A DNA stretch of 64,000 bases from Octopus vulgaris (lineage: Eukaryota): contig OX597818.1 in NCBI GenBank assembly GCA_951406725.2, positions 48,546,001 to 48,610,000 on the forward strand. The letters run 5' to 3'. Shown here in pieces: positions 27,336 through 41,295 of the stretch (position 1 is its first letter; the number at the start of each line of letters is the position of its first letter). A model generated the notes under the pieces. It was not told the DNA's origin. It did not search any database and was given only the letters and a program-made list of their open reading frames with translations. A program made the translations under genes and the position numbers.

Positions 27336-29204
27336 TATATATGTATGTGTGTCTGTGTGTTATGTGCACCCATGCTCTGCCCCTTCAATTAACTTAGATG
27401 AAAGTGTTTGATCAGTCAGTTATTTAGCTGTTGTTGTTATTGTTTAACCCCGGGCCTAGACCAGTTGACATATCTTCAATGATGTCCCAGTTGTGATATT
27501 TCTGATCACATATCCTCTTTCTTTATCTTTTTTTTTTTCCAAGTCAGATTATGATTGTAGAGGATTTGGTTACTATATCTAGCACATTGAACAACCACAT
27601 CGAGACTCTCTCTCCTCATTGGGTTGGTTTATTTAGTTATTTAGATCAGTTATTTAGTTATAATATCTGATATTATTAAGGCTTAGCTTTCAACAATTCT
27701 GGTTTTTCTCCCCCCCCCCCCCATCCCCCCTTTCTTCAGATCTTATTTAACGCATCTCCATATCTCTACCTCCCTTCCTCTCTGCCTCTGTCTCTCTTTC
27801 TCCACCCTCCCTCTCTCTCTATATATATATGTGTGTGTGTATGTGTGTGTGTGTATTTCTTTTGATAGCATATCTCTGGTTAATGCATTTTATTTTTATT
27901 CACCACAAATGTCTGACAACTGTCTGCTTCTTTGGCAGGAATGAACAAACTTTTTTTTTTTTGTTAGTTAGTGGGAGGGGGTGCTCTTTGAGTGGAGGCA
28001 TATGAAGTAAGCAAGGTTTTTTTTTTTTTTACTTATTTTTTATAAGCTTTTTTTTTTTTTTTTTTTCTGCGTGTGTTGTTTGTTCTAAGTTATTAAGTTT
28101 GTTGCAGAATGTTCTGCCTGATAGCCAGAAATCTTTCTCAGCTGTGGCGTTGTGAGAACAGTGTGCTAACTACTTATTCCAGCACACATTTCTGGTATTA
28201 TCTTTTGAGCGATGCCACTTTTTAGATACATATTCATAACAATACTTACATATACACATACATCCATGTACAACACATACACATATGTGTATGTATGTAT
28301 GTATGTATAGGTATGTGTATATATGAGAGGCTCTTCACATAGTTTCTACATTGTACATGGATTCTTTTTATAATAAAAATCTTTTCGCTATTTTTTAGCC
28401 TAATTAAAACAGAATCTTAGTATTGCTTTGTTCGGTTATTTTTAAACATTTGTTGGTTTGTTTTTTTTTATTTATTCTTATTTAAATCTTTTTATTCAGC
28501 CTGTCCAACAAATGCCAGTATGTAATTTAATCAACTTTATTATATTTCTTTTCCTTTGTTGATACTGCATCAACATATTTCTCAAAAAAATTGTTTAGCT
28601 ACAATGAAGGAAGTTGTAGTTTATACTTGAGTGAGACTTGCAGTTCTTCATCTAATGGTGTGTCTGGGATATTTTACGCTATTTTCTCGCTGTTCTATTT
28701 AATGAAGAAACCAATTGTTTATTTTATGTTTTATTTTTATTTTATTTTTTTTCTTATATATATATATACCCTTATGTGAAGGTAGGTGTACACATAATTC
28801 TACTACGATTAGAAAACAACAATTTTTTTTTTTATTGTTGTTTATCAATGGAGTCAGACTTTTGTTCAAGACTTTTAATGTTCATGGTTTTTATAAAATC
28901 ATTTTGAAGTAGAAATTATACAGAAAGTTTTTTTTTTATGCACACACTTCAAATAATTCTCAAGGATAACCAGCAAGTGGGTGCCTGCTGTTCTCATAGA
29001 GTCATGGCATCAGAAGAATATAACAGGGAGGAAGGATGAGGAGGAGGCGGAATAGGAGGGTGGTTACAACAGAAGGAATTGATAATGATAGCATACAAGT
29101 TTTAGCTTTTCATTCTCATTCTACATGGCAGAAATAAACCTCACCACTGCCTACTTGTTTCTGGTATATAACAGTAATGTAGATACACATTATATTTAAT
29201 AATA

Positions 29205-29850
29205 AAACATACACACACACACACACACACATATATATGTATGTATGTATATACATATATGTATGTATGTATATATATATGTATGTATGTATATACATAT
29301 ATATGTATGTATGTATATACATATATATGTATGTATGTATATACATATATATGTATGTATGTATGTATGTATATACATATATATGTATGTATGTATATAC
29401 ATATGTATGTATGTATGTATATACATATGTATGTATGTATGTATATATATGTATGTATGTATATATATGTATGTATGTATATACATATATGTATGTATGT
29501 ATATACATATATGTATGTATGTATGTATATACATATATATATGTATGCATGTATGTATATACATATATATATATATGTATGTATGTATATACATATATAT
29601 ATATATATGTATGTATGTATATACATATATATATGTATGTATATACATATATATATGTATGTATATACATATATATATATATGTGTATGTATGTATATAT
29701 GTATGTATGTATGTATATATATGTATTTATATATATGTATGTATATACATATATATATATGTGTATGTATGTATATATGTATGTATGTATGTATATATAT
29801 GTATGTATATATACATACATATATGTATATGTGTATGTATATATATATAT
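29205..29850. repeat. Long (TATG)n/(TA)n compound microsatellite
   Basis: ~650-bp low-complexity tract producing ORFs in all six frames. Confidence 0.95.
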
Positions 29851-31135
29851 GGTTTGCTTTTACTTATAAAGTGTGATTACATGTTGACATTGCTAGTGGT
29901 TAAGAAATTTGCTTTGCAACCATGTGGATTCAGGTTCAATCCCTTTGTGTGACACCTTGAGCAAGTATAGCCTTCAGTTGACCATTGCCTGGTGTGTGTA
30001 ATTTATTTGGTGAAAACTGTACAGAAGCTGTCGTCATCATCATCATCACCACCACTGTGTATGTACATATGTGTGTTTTTGTTTGTGTTGTTTATGCCCA
30101 GTAATATTGTTGATAGACAAACAGAGAACAAAAAGTTAAGAGTCAGATTTTAAAATAAGTACCGGACTTGATATGATTCGCTAAACCTCTGAAGGCAGTG
30201 CCCCAGCATGGCTACTGTCCAGTGACTCAAACTAATAAAAGAATTAAACTGAAAGATCTTTATAATTTATAATTAGTATTATCCCCTAGCCAATGAAAGA
30301 ACTCCTGTCTAGTAGTATAGTACTATATATTCTTTGCACTTAAAGTCTCCTAAAACAAATATATCAATCAGTTCATTATTAGTGATGAAAGCAGTATTAG
30401 TTAAGAATAGCATTCTGTATATCTTACTTAATGTGGATGTATTTTAGAAAGCCCCAAAACTGTGGTATTTGTCTTGAGAAAGCATCTCATACAGATGTAT
30501 AGTGCTAAAAAGCACAGAAGTGTATGGGTAACAGATGAAGAGTAACCAGCAGCTGAGTGGAATTGCTAAATCTAGATTTCTGTGTCTTTGCACTTCATCA
30601 ATAGCAAGTAACCATTGTCAACTGCATGCTGAGACAAATCTAGCCTCTACTGACACAGGAAAACAGTGATTAACAAATCACTGGTGTCACAAATAGTTGC
30701 TGGGATGGGTACAAATTTGTTAATTGTGCCAGAAGTAGTATTAGTTAAGTTTACATCAGTGTTCCTAATTACAAACTATCCCCGTTAACCTGTTCTCAGT
30801 TTCTCTTTGTCATCTTTATAAAAAGCAGACCTTCCAGTTCAGATGTAAATCACTCAGTGGTCACTCAGAAGCTCAACACTAGATGTTTTTGACCATTTTT
30901 GCTATGTACTTGCACTGTAGATTAATGGTAGGCTCTCTGAATGTCTTTTGGTTTTAGGGTTTATTGTTTGTGAAATTTGCTTCTGGTTTGTTACAAATAG
31001 AGATTTATTTGGGAAAATATTTCATCGTTATATTAGTTGACCCAGTGACTTATGGTTAATATATATTAGTTGATATTGTTGCTTTCTCATTAAACCTGAA
31101 CAGCAAAGGATTTTTGAAAGATACTTTGTCTAAAC

Positions 31136-31375
31136 CAGAAGTTCTCAACTGGGGTCCTTATAAGATTTTGCTGTTAGAATCTATGAACAATAAATTAATT
31201 ATACTTCTACAACCCACAAAATATTAAAATAATTTTTTTATATAATTCCTATTAATATTAAATTATAAAAATACAGTAGGATTTTTTTTTATATACATTA
31301 AATGACTATGGAGGTCCAGTAGAATAAAATAGGAATCAAAAGGGTTCATAGGCAGAAAATGGTTGAGAACTATGG
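31136..31375. mobile_element. hAT MITE
   Basis: 8-bp TSD gtctaaac / gtctaaag; TIRs cagaagttctcaac / gttgagaactatgg. Confidence 0.75.
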
Positions 31376-32195
31376 GTCTAAAGTTAAGTATACTAAGAGA
31401 TATCATTGGAAATGTTTTGTAGACTCTACTGAAGAACTGAAAGAGTGAGATAACTATTAGATGAATCAACTAATGTACAATAATAATTTGTCTAATTATC
31501 CAGTCTACTACACCAGCATATAATCACTGAGACATCATAACATTTAAATCTGGTGTGTTGGTCTGATAAAATCTTCAGCTAGCTTTAAAGCTATGTTGAG
31601 TTTGATTGTGTTAGATTTGTTGACTTAAGGATTTGGATATGTAATCCTTGACACTTGAGGTAATATGAATTTATTTGAGGAAGGATTTGACTGGAGTAAG
31701 AAGTATTTATTAGCAAGTTTGAGTGACATAGCTCAAGTATCAATTGATTCTTATGTAAAGAAAACCATAGAAGAACTTGTATGATGCTATGAAGCACTTT
31801 ATGAAATATGTTGTGATGATCCCTAGAATTAACTTTTTTTTGTAAAAAAAGGTTCTAATTATTTGTTCTATGTTCTGGCAACTTGAATTACATTATAGGC
31901 CACTTTAATCAAAGAAAGTTTTTTGAGGGTTGCTTGGTTACTTCATGCACTAATAGTCAAATAATCACTGCTGATAGAATTGAAAGCCTTTTGCTTTCTC
32001 CTGCTATTATTACAATAATGAATGAATGATCATTGATTCAACATGAAATATTGCTGTTGCGAAAACAATAATATCTTTCTTTTTTACTTCACATTACAAT
32101 CTTTAATTTTTGATAAAAAATTTTTAAATGTTTGTTTAAATAAACCCATTTCAAGAAACCATCAAGCGGACCACAATATAAAAGTCTGCAGGCCA

Positions 32196-32257
32196 CAGGT
32201 GAGCCAGCCTTGTTCTAGAGTATCGTCAGGTGAGCCAGCCTTGTTCTAGAGTATCGT
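32196..32257. repeat. Perfect 31-bp tandem duplication
   Basis: caggtgagccagccttgttctagagtatcgt x2. Confidence 0.9.
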
Positions 32258-32769
32258 ATGATTTAGAGCTTGCAACATGTCCCTAGTATTTATAACACAT
32301 TTATGGCACTGTGTTTGTGCTGTAGCTGCAGAACTTACACATAAACCCATTCATTGATATTTATGATTGGTTTTATTATTACTGCTGTTGTTAAGGGAGC
32401 AGAACCATTAGCATGCCAGGCAAAATGCTCAGCAGCAGTTTGTTCATCCTTATGTTCTAAGTTTAAATTCTGCTGAGATTATCTTTCCCTTTCATCCTTT
32501 CTGGGTTGATAAAGTAAATACCAGTCAAGCACTGGGGTCGATTTAATTAACTTACCTTTTCCCCAAAAATTGCTAGCCTTGTGCCAAAATTTGATACCAT
32601 TATTTCTGATATTGTCGATCATTTGTTTTATGATGGGTGTTATTTGGTTTAGTTGATATAATTCTCCTTCTTGTTTTTCTTTCGTGTCTTTGCAACTGCT
32701 CAGCTACTGGGAAAGGCTGAAACAGCTAAGACTCTACTCCCTAGAGAGAAGGTGGGAGAGGTACGCAGT

Positions 32770-33095
32770 AACATACATCTGGAAGATCCTGGAAGGAATT
32801 CTGCCAAAATTTTGGCACTGAAAGCTACATCAATGCCAGAACGGGACAACACAGCATAGTGCCAAAGATCCCGGCAATGCCATTGCGCTTCAGGACCAGT
32901 TACTGCAACAGCCTGGGTTTTAGGGGCCCACAGCTTTTTAATATTCTCTCAAAGAGCCTGGGGAACTTGCACAAAGTAGATGTAGGCGTTTTTAAATGAA
33001 AGCTGGACCTCTTCCTGTCGAGAGTCCCAGATGAACCTACCTCACGGCAAGAGGTGCAAATGAGGGTAGCTACATCAAACTTCATTCTTCACCAA
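32770..33095 (+). pseudogene. CR1-group LINE ORF2 C-terminal fragment, diverged
   Basis: Homologous to 46620-46950 (YIWKILEG, GFRGPQLFNIL, VPDEPTSRQEVQMR). Confidence 0.8.
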
Positions 33096-33129
33096 GTGCC
33101 ACATATTGGTGTTGTTACATATTGGTGTT

Positions 33130-33625
33130 ACTACATAATTTTACTTCACGAATGCTTTTTAGGAATTGACATTTGGTGCATGAGAGAGTTTGATGCAGCT
33201 GCCCTCATTTGCACCTCCTGCCGTGAAGTTGGTTCATCTGGGACACTTGACAGGAAGAGGTCCAGCTTTATTTTGAAAACACCTACATCTGCCCCATGCA
33301 GGTCTCTCAGGTCCTTCAGGAGGATATTAAAGAGCTGTGGACCTCTAAAGCCCAGGTTATTGCAGTATCTTGTCCTACATCTTGATGGCAAATTTGGAGT
33401 CCTTGGCACTATGCAGTGGTGCCCAGTTCTAGTATTTGTGTAACTCTCGATGCCAAAGTTTAGGACAAGTCCTTCAAGGATCTTCCAAATGTATATTATG
33501 GCATATCTTTTTCACCTATGCTCTAAGGAATAGTGTCTTCATCTCTTGAGTCTTTCCCAATAGCTTATATACTGCATAGAGGCTATCTTCTTCGTGTAGC
33601 TTCATTGGATTGCCTCAAGTTCTGC
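33130..33625 (-). pseudogene. CR1-group LINE ORF2 C-terminal fragment
   Basis: Minus-strand peptide ISYWERLKR...IIYIWKILEGLV...GFRGPQLFNIL...FKIKLDLFL...KKHS*, highly similar to 46553-46981. Confidence 0.85.
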
Positions 33626-33712
33626 CCAAGAGCTGACTATGTTTCTCTTCCAGGTGGTACTATTAAATTAGCCTGGACCAACTTCAGCCAAAACTTATCT
33701 AAGTAACCTAAG

Positions 33713-33775
<63 letters not shown>

Positions 33776-34756
33776 TTTGAAGAGATGGTTAACTCTCAGG
33801 ATTTTGAGTTGTTATCTTTCATATATAACTGGTGTGTATCTTAGTTTAAACCCCAGCCAAAGTCATTCATATAAGGTTATAGGACCGTGGACATTGTATG
33901 TATACAGAAATAAAAAATAGGGGAGAAACAACTACAAGTGCTGTTGAGAAATAAATATATTATCTTTTTATAAACTCTTACATCTTAAAATCCCTCCTTT
34001 TCCTCCTATTCTAAGGTCCCTTTCTTTCACATATGTGCAAACATAGATGCCATATGTTTTTAGAGTTTATTGCAGTGTTAGTAGAGCTACTACTGCCACC
34101 AACAGCCACAATTCTTTAGTTGGGCAGCCTAAGATCAAATTAAATTCCTTGTTTGTTCATCTGTTATGTGAGTGTTCTCATTGCCTGGATTCTTCTTTCT
34201 TGGGTCTTGAAGCTTAGCTTAGAATTGTCACTTTTTTTTCTTCTTTTTTTTTTTCCAGTCTTTTTTATTTTTCCTTCTCCCCTTCACATCTGTGTTTCAA
34301 ATAAATACTTCTTTGTATCTTCTTCCTCTTTCTTCCCATTGCTTCTTTTCTCCTTTCATCTGTCTCAGTCTATCTCTCACTCTTATTGCTTGAATTATCT
34401 AGACACCAGCATGATATGAATAAGGAGGAGGTAGATGGGGTGAGGAAGTGGGGGGAGGCATATTGTACTGGCTCTTAATTTATATTCCCACTCACTATGA
34501 ATAAAAGAAATATAGATTTCAGTTGCTGTCTTTAATATCATTTTCTATCATTGGCCCAAAACCTGTGGGGGAGGGTTCAGTCAATGAAATCAACCTCTGT
34601 ACTTATTTCACTGATTCTAGAATGACTGGTGAGATTTGAACTCAGAATGTAAAAATAGCTAAATACTGCTGTCTACTGAATCTTTTCTGTGCCACCTTGC
34701 TTCTTCCTCCTCCTTCTCTGCCCTTTTACTCTAATATTGTCTCTATATTTTTATAT

Positions 34757-34809
34757 ATTTTATCTAGTTTCAGCTCACGAGCTGTGGCCATGCTGGGGCA
34801 CCGCCATTC
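34757..34809 (-). mobile_element. Ultra-truncated LINE 3' tail
   Basis: Reverse complement gaatggcggtgccccagcatggccacagctcgtgagctgaaactagataaaat matches the LINE tail at 47004-47056. Confidence 0.85.
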
Positions 34810-35649
34810 ATGTAAACTTTTTCATATGATGTATGGTTCTATAATGTTAAATGGTAAAAGTAAAGAGTTAAATGACAAGTTATTCCTTCAGTTTTACTCT
34901 CTTCTGTAGTATATCATGAAGCAACTGGTTTTCATGAGTTCGAAAAAGATCATCTTCTATAAACATTTATTTAAAATCACATTTAATGCTCTAATGACAT
35001 GCTAGCAACACTAATTGTGAGCAGCATTAAACACTCTCTGCTTTTATATTTCCTTGTTTAAATATGATTACAATTAATTGTTCATGTGACTGCAACCAAG
35101 AGGTGCTTAACCATGCAGGTCTATGAATCTCTGTCCCATTAAAAGCTTTCTAAGGTTCTCAATTTCATGTTTTATGTCTCTAGCAATATCCTCAGTATAG
35201 TTGAGTGGTCTTTGTCCTCTATTAGAGTACAGAAACCACTAAAATGCAGCATCTAGTACAGCCTGGTGTTCAGCATGGTAGCAGTGGCCATCAAAGCTTA
35301 CCCTATATTGAGCAACAATAGCAGAGAGAGAGTAGAGTGTGTTCATAAATCTCTTTGGGTTTTATCTGCCTTTTGCCTTTTATGGAACCTATGGTTTCCT
35401 ATTAGATCACATTTGTTTGCTCATAGAATTTTCTCTGACTTACACTTTTCCAACTTTAATTTGCCTCAGGATCTTTTCTTTTTCTTTTTTTTTATTTTGG
35501 TACCACACATTCTTCCTTCTATACATTAGTGACCTACTTACCATCAACTACAACAACACCCATTCCTAAACATGTGATACCAGTCTTCATTCTTCTTTAA
35601 ACTTTCACACCCAAGTGCCATCCTCAAAAAGACACAATAAAAAAAAACA

Positions 35650-36300
35650 CAATCATTACACATACTAATGCAACATTGTCATATCTTCTTTCCCCCATAC
35701 ATATGAACAACAAGCTACTAGAATCCTTACAATTAACTCACAGGATCTTTTAGTGAACATACATTCTAAAGCAAAGCTGCATCTCAAAGACTGGTCTTCC
35801 TCTTCAGTGTTAGAAAATAGCTCAGCCTCTGCACAACTAATTCTGTATGAAGCCCAGGTGTAACCACAATGGAGTACTGCTCCTGTCCACATTTGGGACA
35901 GTGCTATTGCTACAGACATAAACATCCTGACTGTGTACAAATAAAGGTCACTAGACTGTTTGGTGTGAACTTGCACATAAACACACTCCAAACTCTGGCC
36001 CCCAGATGTGCTGTCCCATCTGCTACCTTTTCTCTGATACTAAAATGGCCTTTATGCCTTGGAGCTAGCTTTACTTGGTAACTCCTGACTCACTTTTTCA
36101 TCTTTCATCCCTCCTCCTCTTGTCAGTCATACTGTGTCCACCCACACCCTGAGGCTCTGCATCAAACACTTCACCTCACCAAGTCCTTCTTCCCCACAAT
36201 ATCAGTCCTCTAGAAATCGTTCCTTGCAGATGTTTTTCCTGCAACTATCAACTACTTACAACAACTCTTCAAGTATGTTAATGACATCTATTTCAATGGT
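35650..36300 (+). pseudogene. Highly degraded LINE reverse-transcriptase C-terminal region
   Basis: Frameshifted LYEAQV..MEYCS.HIWDSA and DCVQIKVTRL motifs typical of non-LTR ORF2 tails; a related remnant lies near 49660-49990 (YKA..IEYYCHLWAGA). Confidence 0.55.
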
Positions 36301-36408
36301 CTTGGAGGGTCTTGACCAAACTAATTAAGAAGAAAAAAAAATGAGGCCGAAAATAGCGATAATGAAAGAATCCTGAAAGATCAAAGATATATCTGATCTT
36401 ACCACCAA

Positions 36409-36458
<50 letters not shown>

Positions 36459-37450
36459 GTACGTATGTACGCGCGCACACACACACATATTTCATCATCA
36501 TCATTTTTTTTTTTTTTTGTATGGGTTGGACAGATATTAATAACTCAGATTTTCTATGGATAACCTTTGTGCTGCCATCTGTTACCTGTTTCTAAGCATG
36601 GTAATATTTCCCATAACCAGACACAGACGTGTTCTTGCAGAATATTGGAAATGAGCAACACTCATATTACAACTATCATACTATTTTGAGAGAGAGAGAG
36701 AGAGACACACACACACACATACACACTTTATCGTCATCATTCTTGCCATTTTACATCATTTTGTTTTTTTTCTATTCTGGCATGGTTTGGATGGGCCATC
36801 ACGGATCGAAACAATTACTATTTGGGGTTAATGCTTCCCTGGCTGGACTGAGGACATATCTTGCTTGGACGTCTTTCTCATTGCCAACCACAAATGATTT
36901 TCTCTGCACTTATACTGTCTCTGTTCATTCATTCACCATTATCAGAGGGTTGTCTTGCCTCCTGCAGACAAAAGAGAGAATGATCAAAAAGAACCCACAT
37001 GATAGAAGTTGATAGAATAGAGACAGAAGGAAAAGGGACAGTTTTGTCTGAATTTCTGAGATGTGGAATTACCATTATCATCATACGTTCATATATCCAA
37101 ATGAGTGTCTGCGTCTTGGTTGTTATAGTCACACTGTTTCAGCTGTTGTACCTTCTGGCCTTGTTCACACACTTGTCACAATTGGTAATCTTCTCTGAAT
37201 TTCATACAGAACCCATAATTAAATCTGCAGGAGGAAAACTGTTCCCATTCTATTGTCCATATTAAGAGTATTCTCCTATATGTTGCTCTGCTGGTGATGT
37301 TTTTTTCACTGATTCCACTGTATTTGATGGCAATATTAGCAGTGTAGATTCAGGAAAAGAATTAAAAAAATTTTTTTAGTACATTAAAGCTCATGGAAGG
37401 CTTAGCTTCACAAATAAACCCAGGGGGATCTTTTGAGACATTTTTCCTAT

Positions 37451-37776
37451 GACTGGCTTCCGTGCCAGTGGCACGTAAAAAGCACCATCTGAATCGTGGC
37501 CGATGCCAGTGCCAACCCGACTGGCTTCCGTGCCGGTGGCACGTAAAATGCACCAATCCGACCGTGGCCGTTGCCAGCCTCGCCCGGCACCTGTGCAGGT
37601 GGCACGTAAAAAGCACCCACTACACTCACGGAGTGGTTGGCGTAAGGAAGGGCATCCAGATGTAGAAACATTGCTAAATAAGACTGGAGCCTGGTGCAGC
37701 CTTCTGGCTTCCCAGATCCCCGGTCGAACCGTCCAACCCATGCTAGCATGGAGAACGGACGTTAAATGATGATGAT
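37451..37776 (+). mobile_element. SINE or retroposon family D with (gat)n tail and internal tandem units
   Basis: Three gtggcacgtaaaa.gcacc units, then ggttggcgtaaggaagggcatccag, then cccatgctagcatgga..cggacgttaaatgatgatgat; related copies near 37790-37940(+), 14640-14830(-), 52435-52745(-), 54736-54850(-). Confidence 0.75.
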
Positions 37777-37961
37777 ATACCATTAAGTCCTGGTGCTGGT
37801 GCTATGTAAAAAGCACCCATTACATTCTGTAAAGTGGTTGGCATTAGAAAGGGCATCCAGCTGTAGATACCATCCCAAAACAGACTATGAACCCTGGTGT
37901 CAGCTCCTGTTAAACTGTCCAATCTATGACAGCATGGAAAATATATAACTACTTAATTATA

Positions 37962-38543
37962 TGGCTGTGTGGTAAGAAGCTTGCTTCTCAACTACATGGT
38001 TCCGGGTTCAGTCCCACTGTGTGACGAGGAGCTTTCTCCGTCCGGGTTGCGGATCCGTGGAACAAGCTGCCAGACGAGATGGTGAAGATGCCGACGACCG
38101 CTTTGTTCAAAGCCTCCCTGGACCTCAAGTGGCCTGAACTCTTTACATGAACACCACCCTGTACTTAACTCCATGTCCCCCTACATGGCCTTGCTATTTG
38201 CTTTTGAGCCAAATTAACTAACTAACTAACTAACCTTTGGCAAATGTCTTCTACTATTGTCTCAGGCCGACTAAATCCTTGTAAGAGGATTTGGTTGACA
38301 GAAACTGAAAGAAGCCCATCGTGTATGTGTGTGTGTGTCTGTGTTTCTTCCCTGACTGCCATCACTTGATACCCGATGTTGGTGTGTTTACGTCCCCGTA
38401 ACTTAACGGTTTGGCAAAAGAGACCAACAGAAGCACTGGCCTTACAAAGAATAAGTCCTGTGGTTGATTAGTTTGACAAAAAAAACCTGTTAAGATGATG
38501 CTCCAGAATGGCCGTTGTCAAATAACTGAAACAAGTAAAAGAA
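37962..38543 (+). mobile_element. SINE family A interrupted by a LINE fragment
   Basis: Family-A head to ccactgtgtgac, resumes at ctttggcaaatgtcttc after 38234. Confidence 0.85.
38024..38234 (+). mobile_element. 5'-truncated CR1-type LINE with (TAAC)n tail
   Basis: Encodes RGAFSVRVADPWNKLPDEMVKMPTTALFKASLDLKWPELFT* (CR1 C-terminal FS.RV...WN.LP...FK..LD motif), then a short 3' UTR and (taac)n. Confidence 0.85.
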
Positions 38544-38704
38544 TATATATACACATTTATTGACTCAAGCATTGAACTAACACCCACTAGATAAATAACT
38601 ACATTTAACACTTAGTCAATGCTTATATTCACCATCCCATTATCCTGTAAAATAGTTGAGTAGTGAAAATTTGGAGTTTTAAAATTAACTAAAATTAACT
38701 TTAA

Positions 38705-38924
38705 CCCTTTAGTGTTCAGATTACTCTGTTAAATGTAATACTTTTTCACTCAAATTGTTTTGAATTAATCATGCATTATGTTATATCTTTGAGGTTTCAA
38801 TGATGTGAGTGTCTATTTTTAGAATGTCAATGTAGGTTAGGTGTAAGAGGCTGGATATGGCCAGTTTGAATATAAAACATGTAGAATATCTGGGCCAGAT
38901 ATGGCCGGTTTAAACACTAAAGGG
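38705..38924. mobile_element. piggyBac-type MITE (family P2), opposite orientation to 11153
   Basis: ttaa|ccctttagtgtt ... aacactaaaggg|ttac; reverse-complement match to 11153-11371. Confidence 0.85.
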
Positions 38925-39101
38925 TTACACATCTTTTCAACTTTTCTAGTGCAAGAGCCAAGGGTCATTGTTGATGTTGAGTCCAGGTTAACTCTCATCC
39001 AACATACCTAGGATAAAAATCATTCTAGTCATGACTACTCTACCTTTTCTTCATATTGTGTTGATATGACTACATTATTGAGTTTGTTCTTCCTATCTTT
39101 A

Positions 39102-39492
39102 AGGCGCAGGAGTGGCTGTGTAGTAAGTAGTTTGCTTACCAACCACATGCATCTGGGTCAGTCCCACTGTGTGGCACCTTGGGCAAGTGTCTTCTACTAT
39201 AGCCTCGGGTCCACCAAAGCCTTGTGAGTGGATTTGGTAGACGGAAACTGAAAGAAGCCCGTCATATATATGTGTGTGTTTGTGTGTCTGTGTTTGCCCC
39301 CCCCCCCCATCGCTTGACAACCGATGCTGGTGTGTTTACATCCCCGTAACTTAGTAGTTCGACAAAACAGACCGATAGAATAAGTACTAGGCTTACAAAG
39401 AATAAGTCCTGGGGTTGATTTGCTCGACTAAATGCGGTGCTCCAGCATGGCCGCAGTCAGGTGACTGAAACAAGTAAAAGAGTAAAGAGTAA
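39102..39492 (+). mobile_element. SINE family A
   Basis: Full-length match to family A. Confidence 0.9.
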
Positions 39493-39494
39493 TA

Positions 39495-39880
39495 GGGTTG
39501 GCTTGTGGGAAATTTGGTTATTATTTCTTGCAGGCTGAGTAAGTGCCTGGAATTTCCCAGTGAGGAGGAGGGGGCTGAAGTCTTCAGGGAGTGGTGAGGT
39601 AAGGTAAACAGGGTAACAAGAAGGTTTTTGTTTTTGAAATCCACAGGAGAGGTAAAAGGTAGGGTGAGTTAGTTTCTATGTAAGTGTAAATGCAAGCTTT
39701 CAAGATGAAGTTGGAATAATGAGTGTAGCCTAGACAGAGGAGATGAGTTAGAGATAGAGGATGAGAGATTTGTGTCTCAGAGAGGAATATTTGTGGTTTG
39801 TGTGCTAACAGTAGGGGGTGAGCAAGATCAATGGTGGACCAAATTCCAAGGATGTTTGTATAAAAGGAGAGAGAATTCTC
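39495..39880 (-). pseudogene. LINE AP-endonuclease N-terminal remnant
   Basis: FYTNILGI...KPQIFLSETQISH...HLLCLGY...F..K.CIY.YI resembles the N(I)RG / LxET motifs of APE domains. Confidence 0.6.
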
Positions 39881-39886
39881 CAGACA

Positions 39887-39963
<77 letters not shown>

Positions 39964-40325
39964 AGTATATTTTGTTTGTGAGTATGTGTGTACACATACA
40001 TATACACATTTTTGTTTGTATGTATATATTTATATATATAATGTGTGTGTGTATATATATATGTGTGTATTTGTATGAAATACCTAAAGAAATGTGTCTA
40101 TGGTCATAATTGTTTAAGTGTACTAAGAAAGTACAAACTCTTGATGTATTGGAGAAGAAAATAATAGGTGATGGCAATATACAAGTCTTTTTTGAAGCTT
40201 TATTTCTAATAAAATACATTGTCCATGTGTTTCAGTTAATTAGGTAGTTATATATATATATATACAGAAAATAAGGATAAAAATCACATTAATGATAATT
40301 ATCAGGTAGTCAGCATGGAAATAAA

Positions 40326-40420
40326 TATTTTAAGGGAGAAAGTCAAAACAAGACTTATCTTCTCCATACAGACATTAATTCAGTATCGAGGAGATGTCAT
40401 GTTTTGACTTTCTCCCTTAA

Positions 40421-40424
<4 letters not shown>
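40326..40424. repeat. Hairpin with perfect 25-bp arms inside a (TA)n-flanked element
   Basis: tattttaagggagaaagtcaaaaca (40326-40350) / tgttttgactttctcccttaaaata (40400-40424). Confidence 0.85.
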
Positions 40425-40459
<35 letters not shown>

Positions 40460-40548
40460 GGAGTAAACACATAAATGTGAAACAAGGTGGAAAAAAGAGT
40501 ACTCAAATACCATGGTTAGAGTAATATGCTTTATTTAATATGCAAAAC

Positions 40549-40586
40549 CTGTTACTTGGCATTTCATGTTCCCGTTCGTCGGACAG
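40549..40586 (-). ncRNA. Degenerate minimal hammerhead ribozyme motif
   Basis: Minus strand ctgt-ccgacga-acgggaacat-gaaa-tgccaag-ta-acag; the core has a U-to-C change. Confidence 0.4.
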
Positions 40587-40747
40587 TTATATATATATAT
40601 ATATATATGTGTGTGTTTGTGTGTGTGTGTGTGTCTGTATGTATAGGTATGTATATGTTTGTATAATTTTTAAAGAGGATAACAAACGTTAAGGCAAGAC
40701 AAACATCTCTCAAGTCATATACGTTTTTATTATTGGAAAAATTCAAA

Positions 40748-40804
40748 GTCGTACAGTTTGTTTCCTGGATATCCCAGAGTATGGGATATTTTGTCATCAG
40801 AGAC
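40748..40804 (-). ncRNA. Type I hammerhead ribozyme motif (left arm)
   Basis: gtct-ctgatga-c..atatccc atactct gggatat..g-gaaa-caaactg-ta-cgac. Confidence 0.6.
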
Positions 40805-41238
40805 AAATAGGGAAATGAGAAGGGTGTAAATTAATGAAATGACAACACAGAAGACAGGAGAAAAGGAATAAGGAGATGAAGAAAGAGAAGAAAAAAGAGG
40901 CATAAAAGTTCACAGTTCATCTTTCTGGTCATGTAGAAGTAAATCCGTAAGTCCTTAGGTGCAATCCTGTGTAAATCCATGTAGGTTAAAGTTCTAATAG
41001 TGTTAATATCCAGAAATGGACACGAGTGTATTGAACGTTGATACGTTCATGTCTGTTTATGGATATTTATACTAATAAGACTTTAACCTACACGGATTTA
41101 CACAGGATTGCACCTAAGGACTTACGGACTTACTTCTACATCATCGGAAAGTTGAACTGTGAACTTTTAAGCTTTTTTTCTTCTCTTTCCTCTGTGTTGT
41201 CCATTCATTAATCTATACCCTGCTCATTTTCCCTATTT

Positions 41239-41295
41239 GTCTCTGTTGACGGAATATCCCATACTCTGGGATATCCTAGAAACAAGCTGTATGGC
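41239..41295 (+). ncRNA. Type I hammerhead ribozyme motif (right arm, core mutated)
   Basis: gtct-ctgttga-cggaatatccc atactct gggatatcc ta-gaaa-caagctg-ta-tggc. Confidence 0.5.

Noticed and set aside
29116-29952. ORFs of 150-235 aa in six frames (also at 18099-18635 and 44795-45284)
   Set aside because: They are translations of (TA)n/(TATG)n microsatellites, which lack stop codons.
37451-37620. Spaced gtggcacgtaaaaagcacc repeats resembling a CRISPR array
   Set aside because: The intervening segments resemble each other and belong to dispersed retroposon family D.
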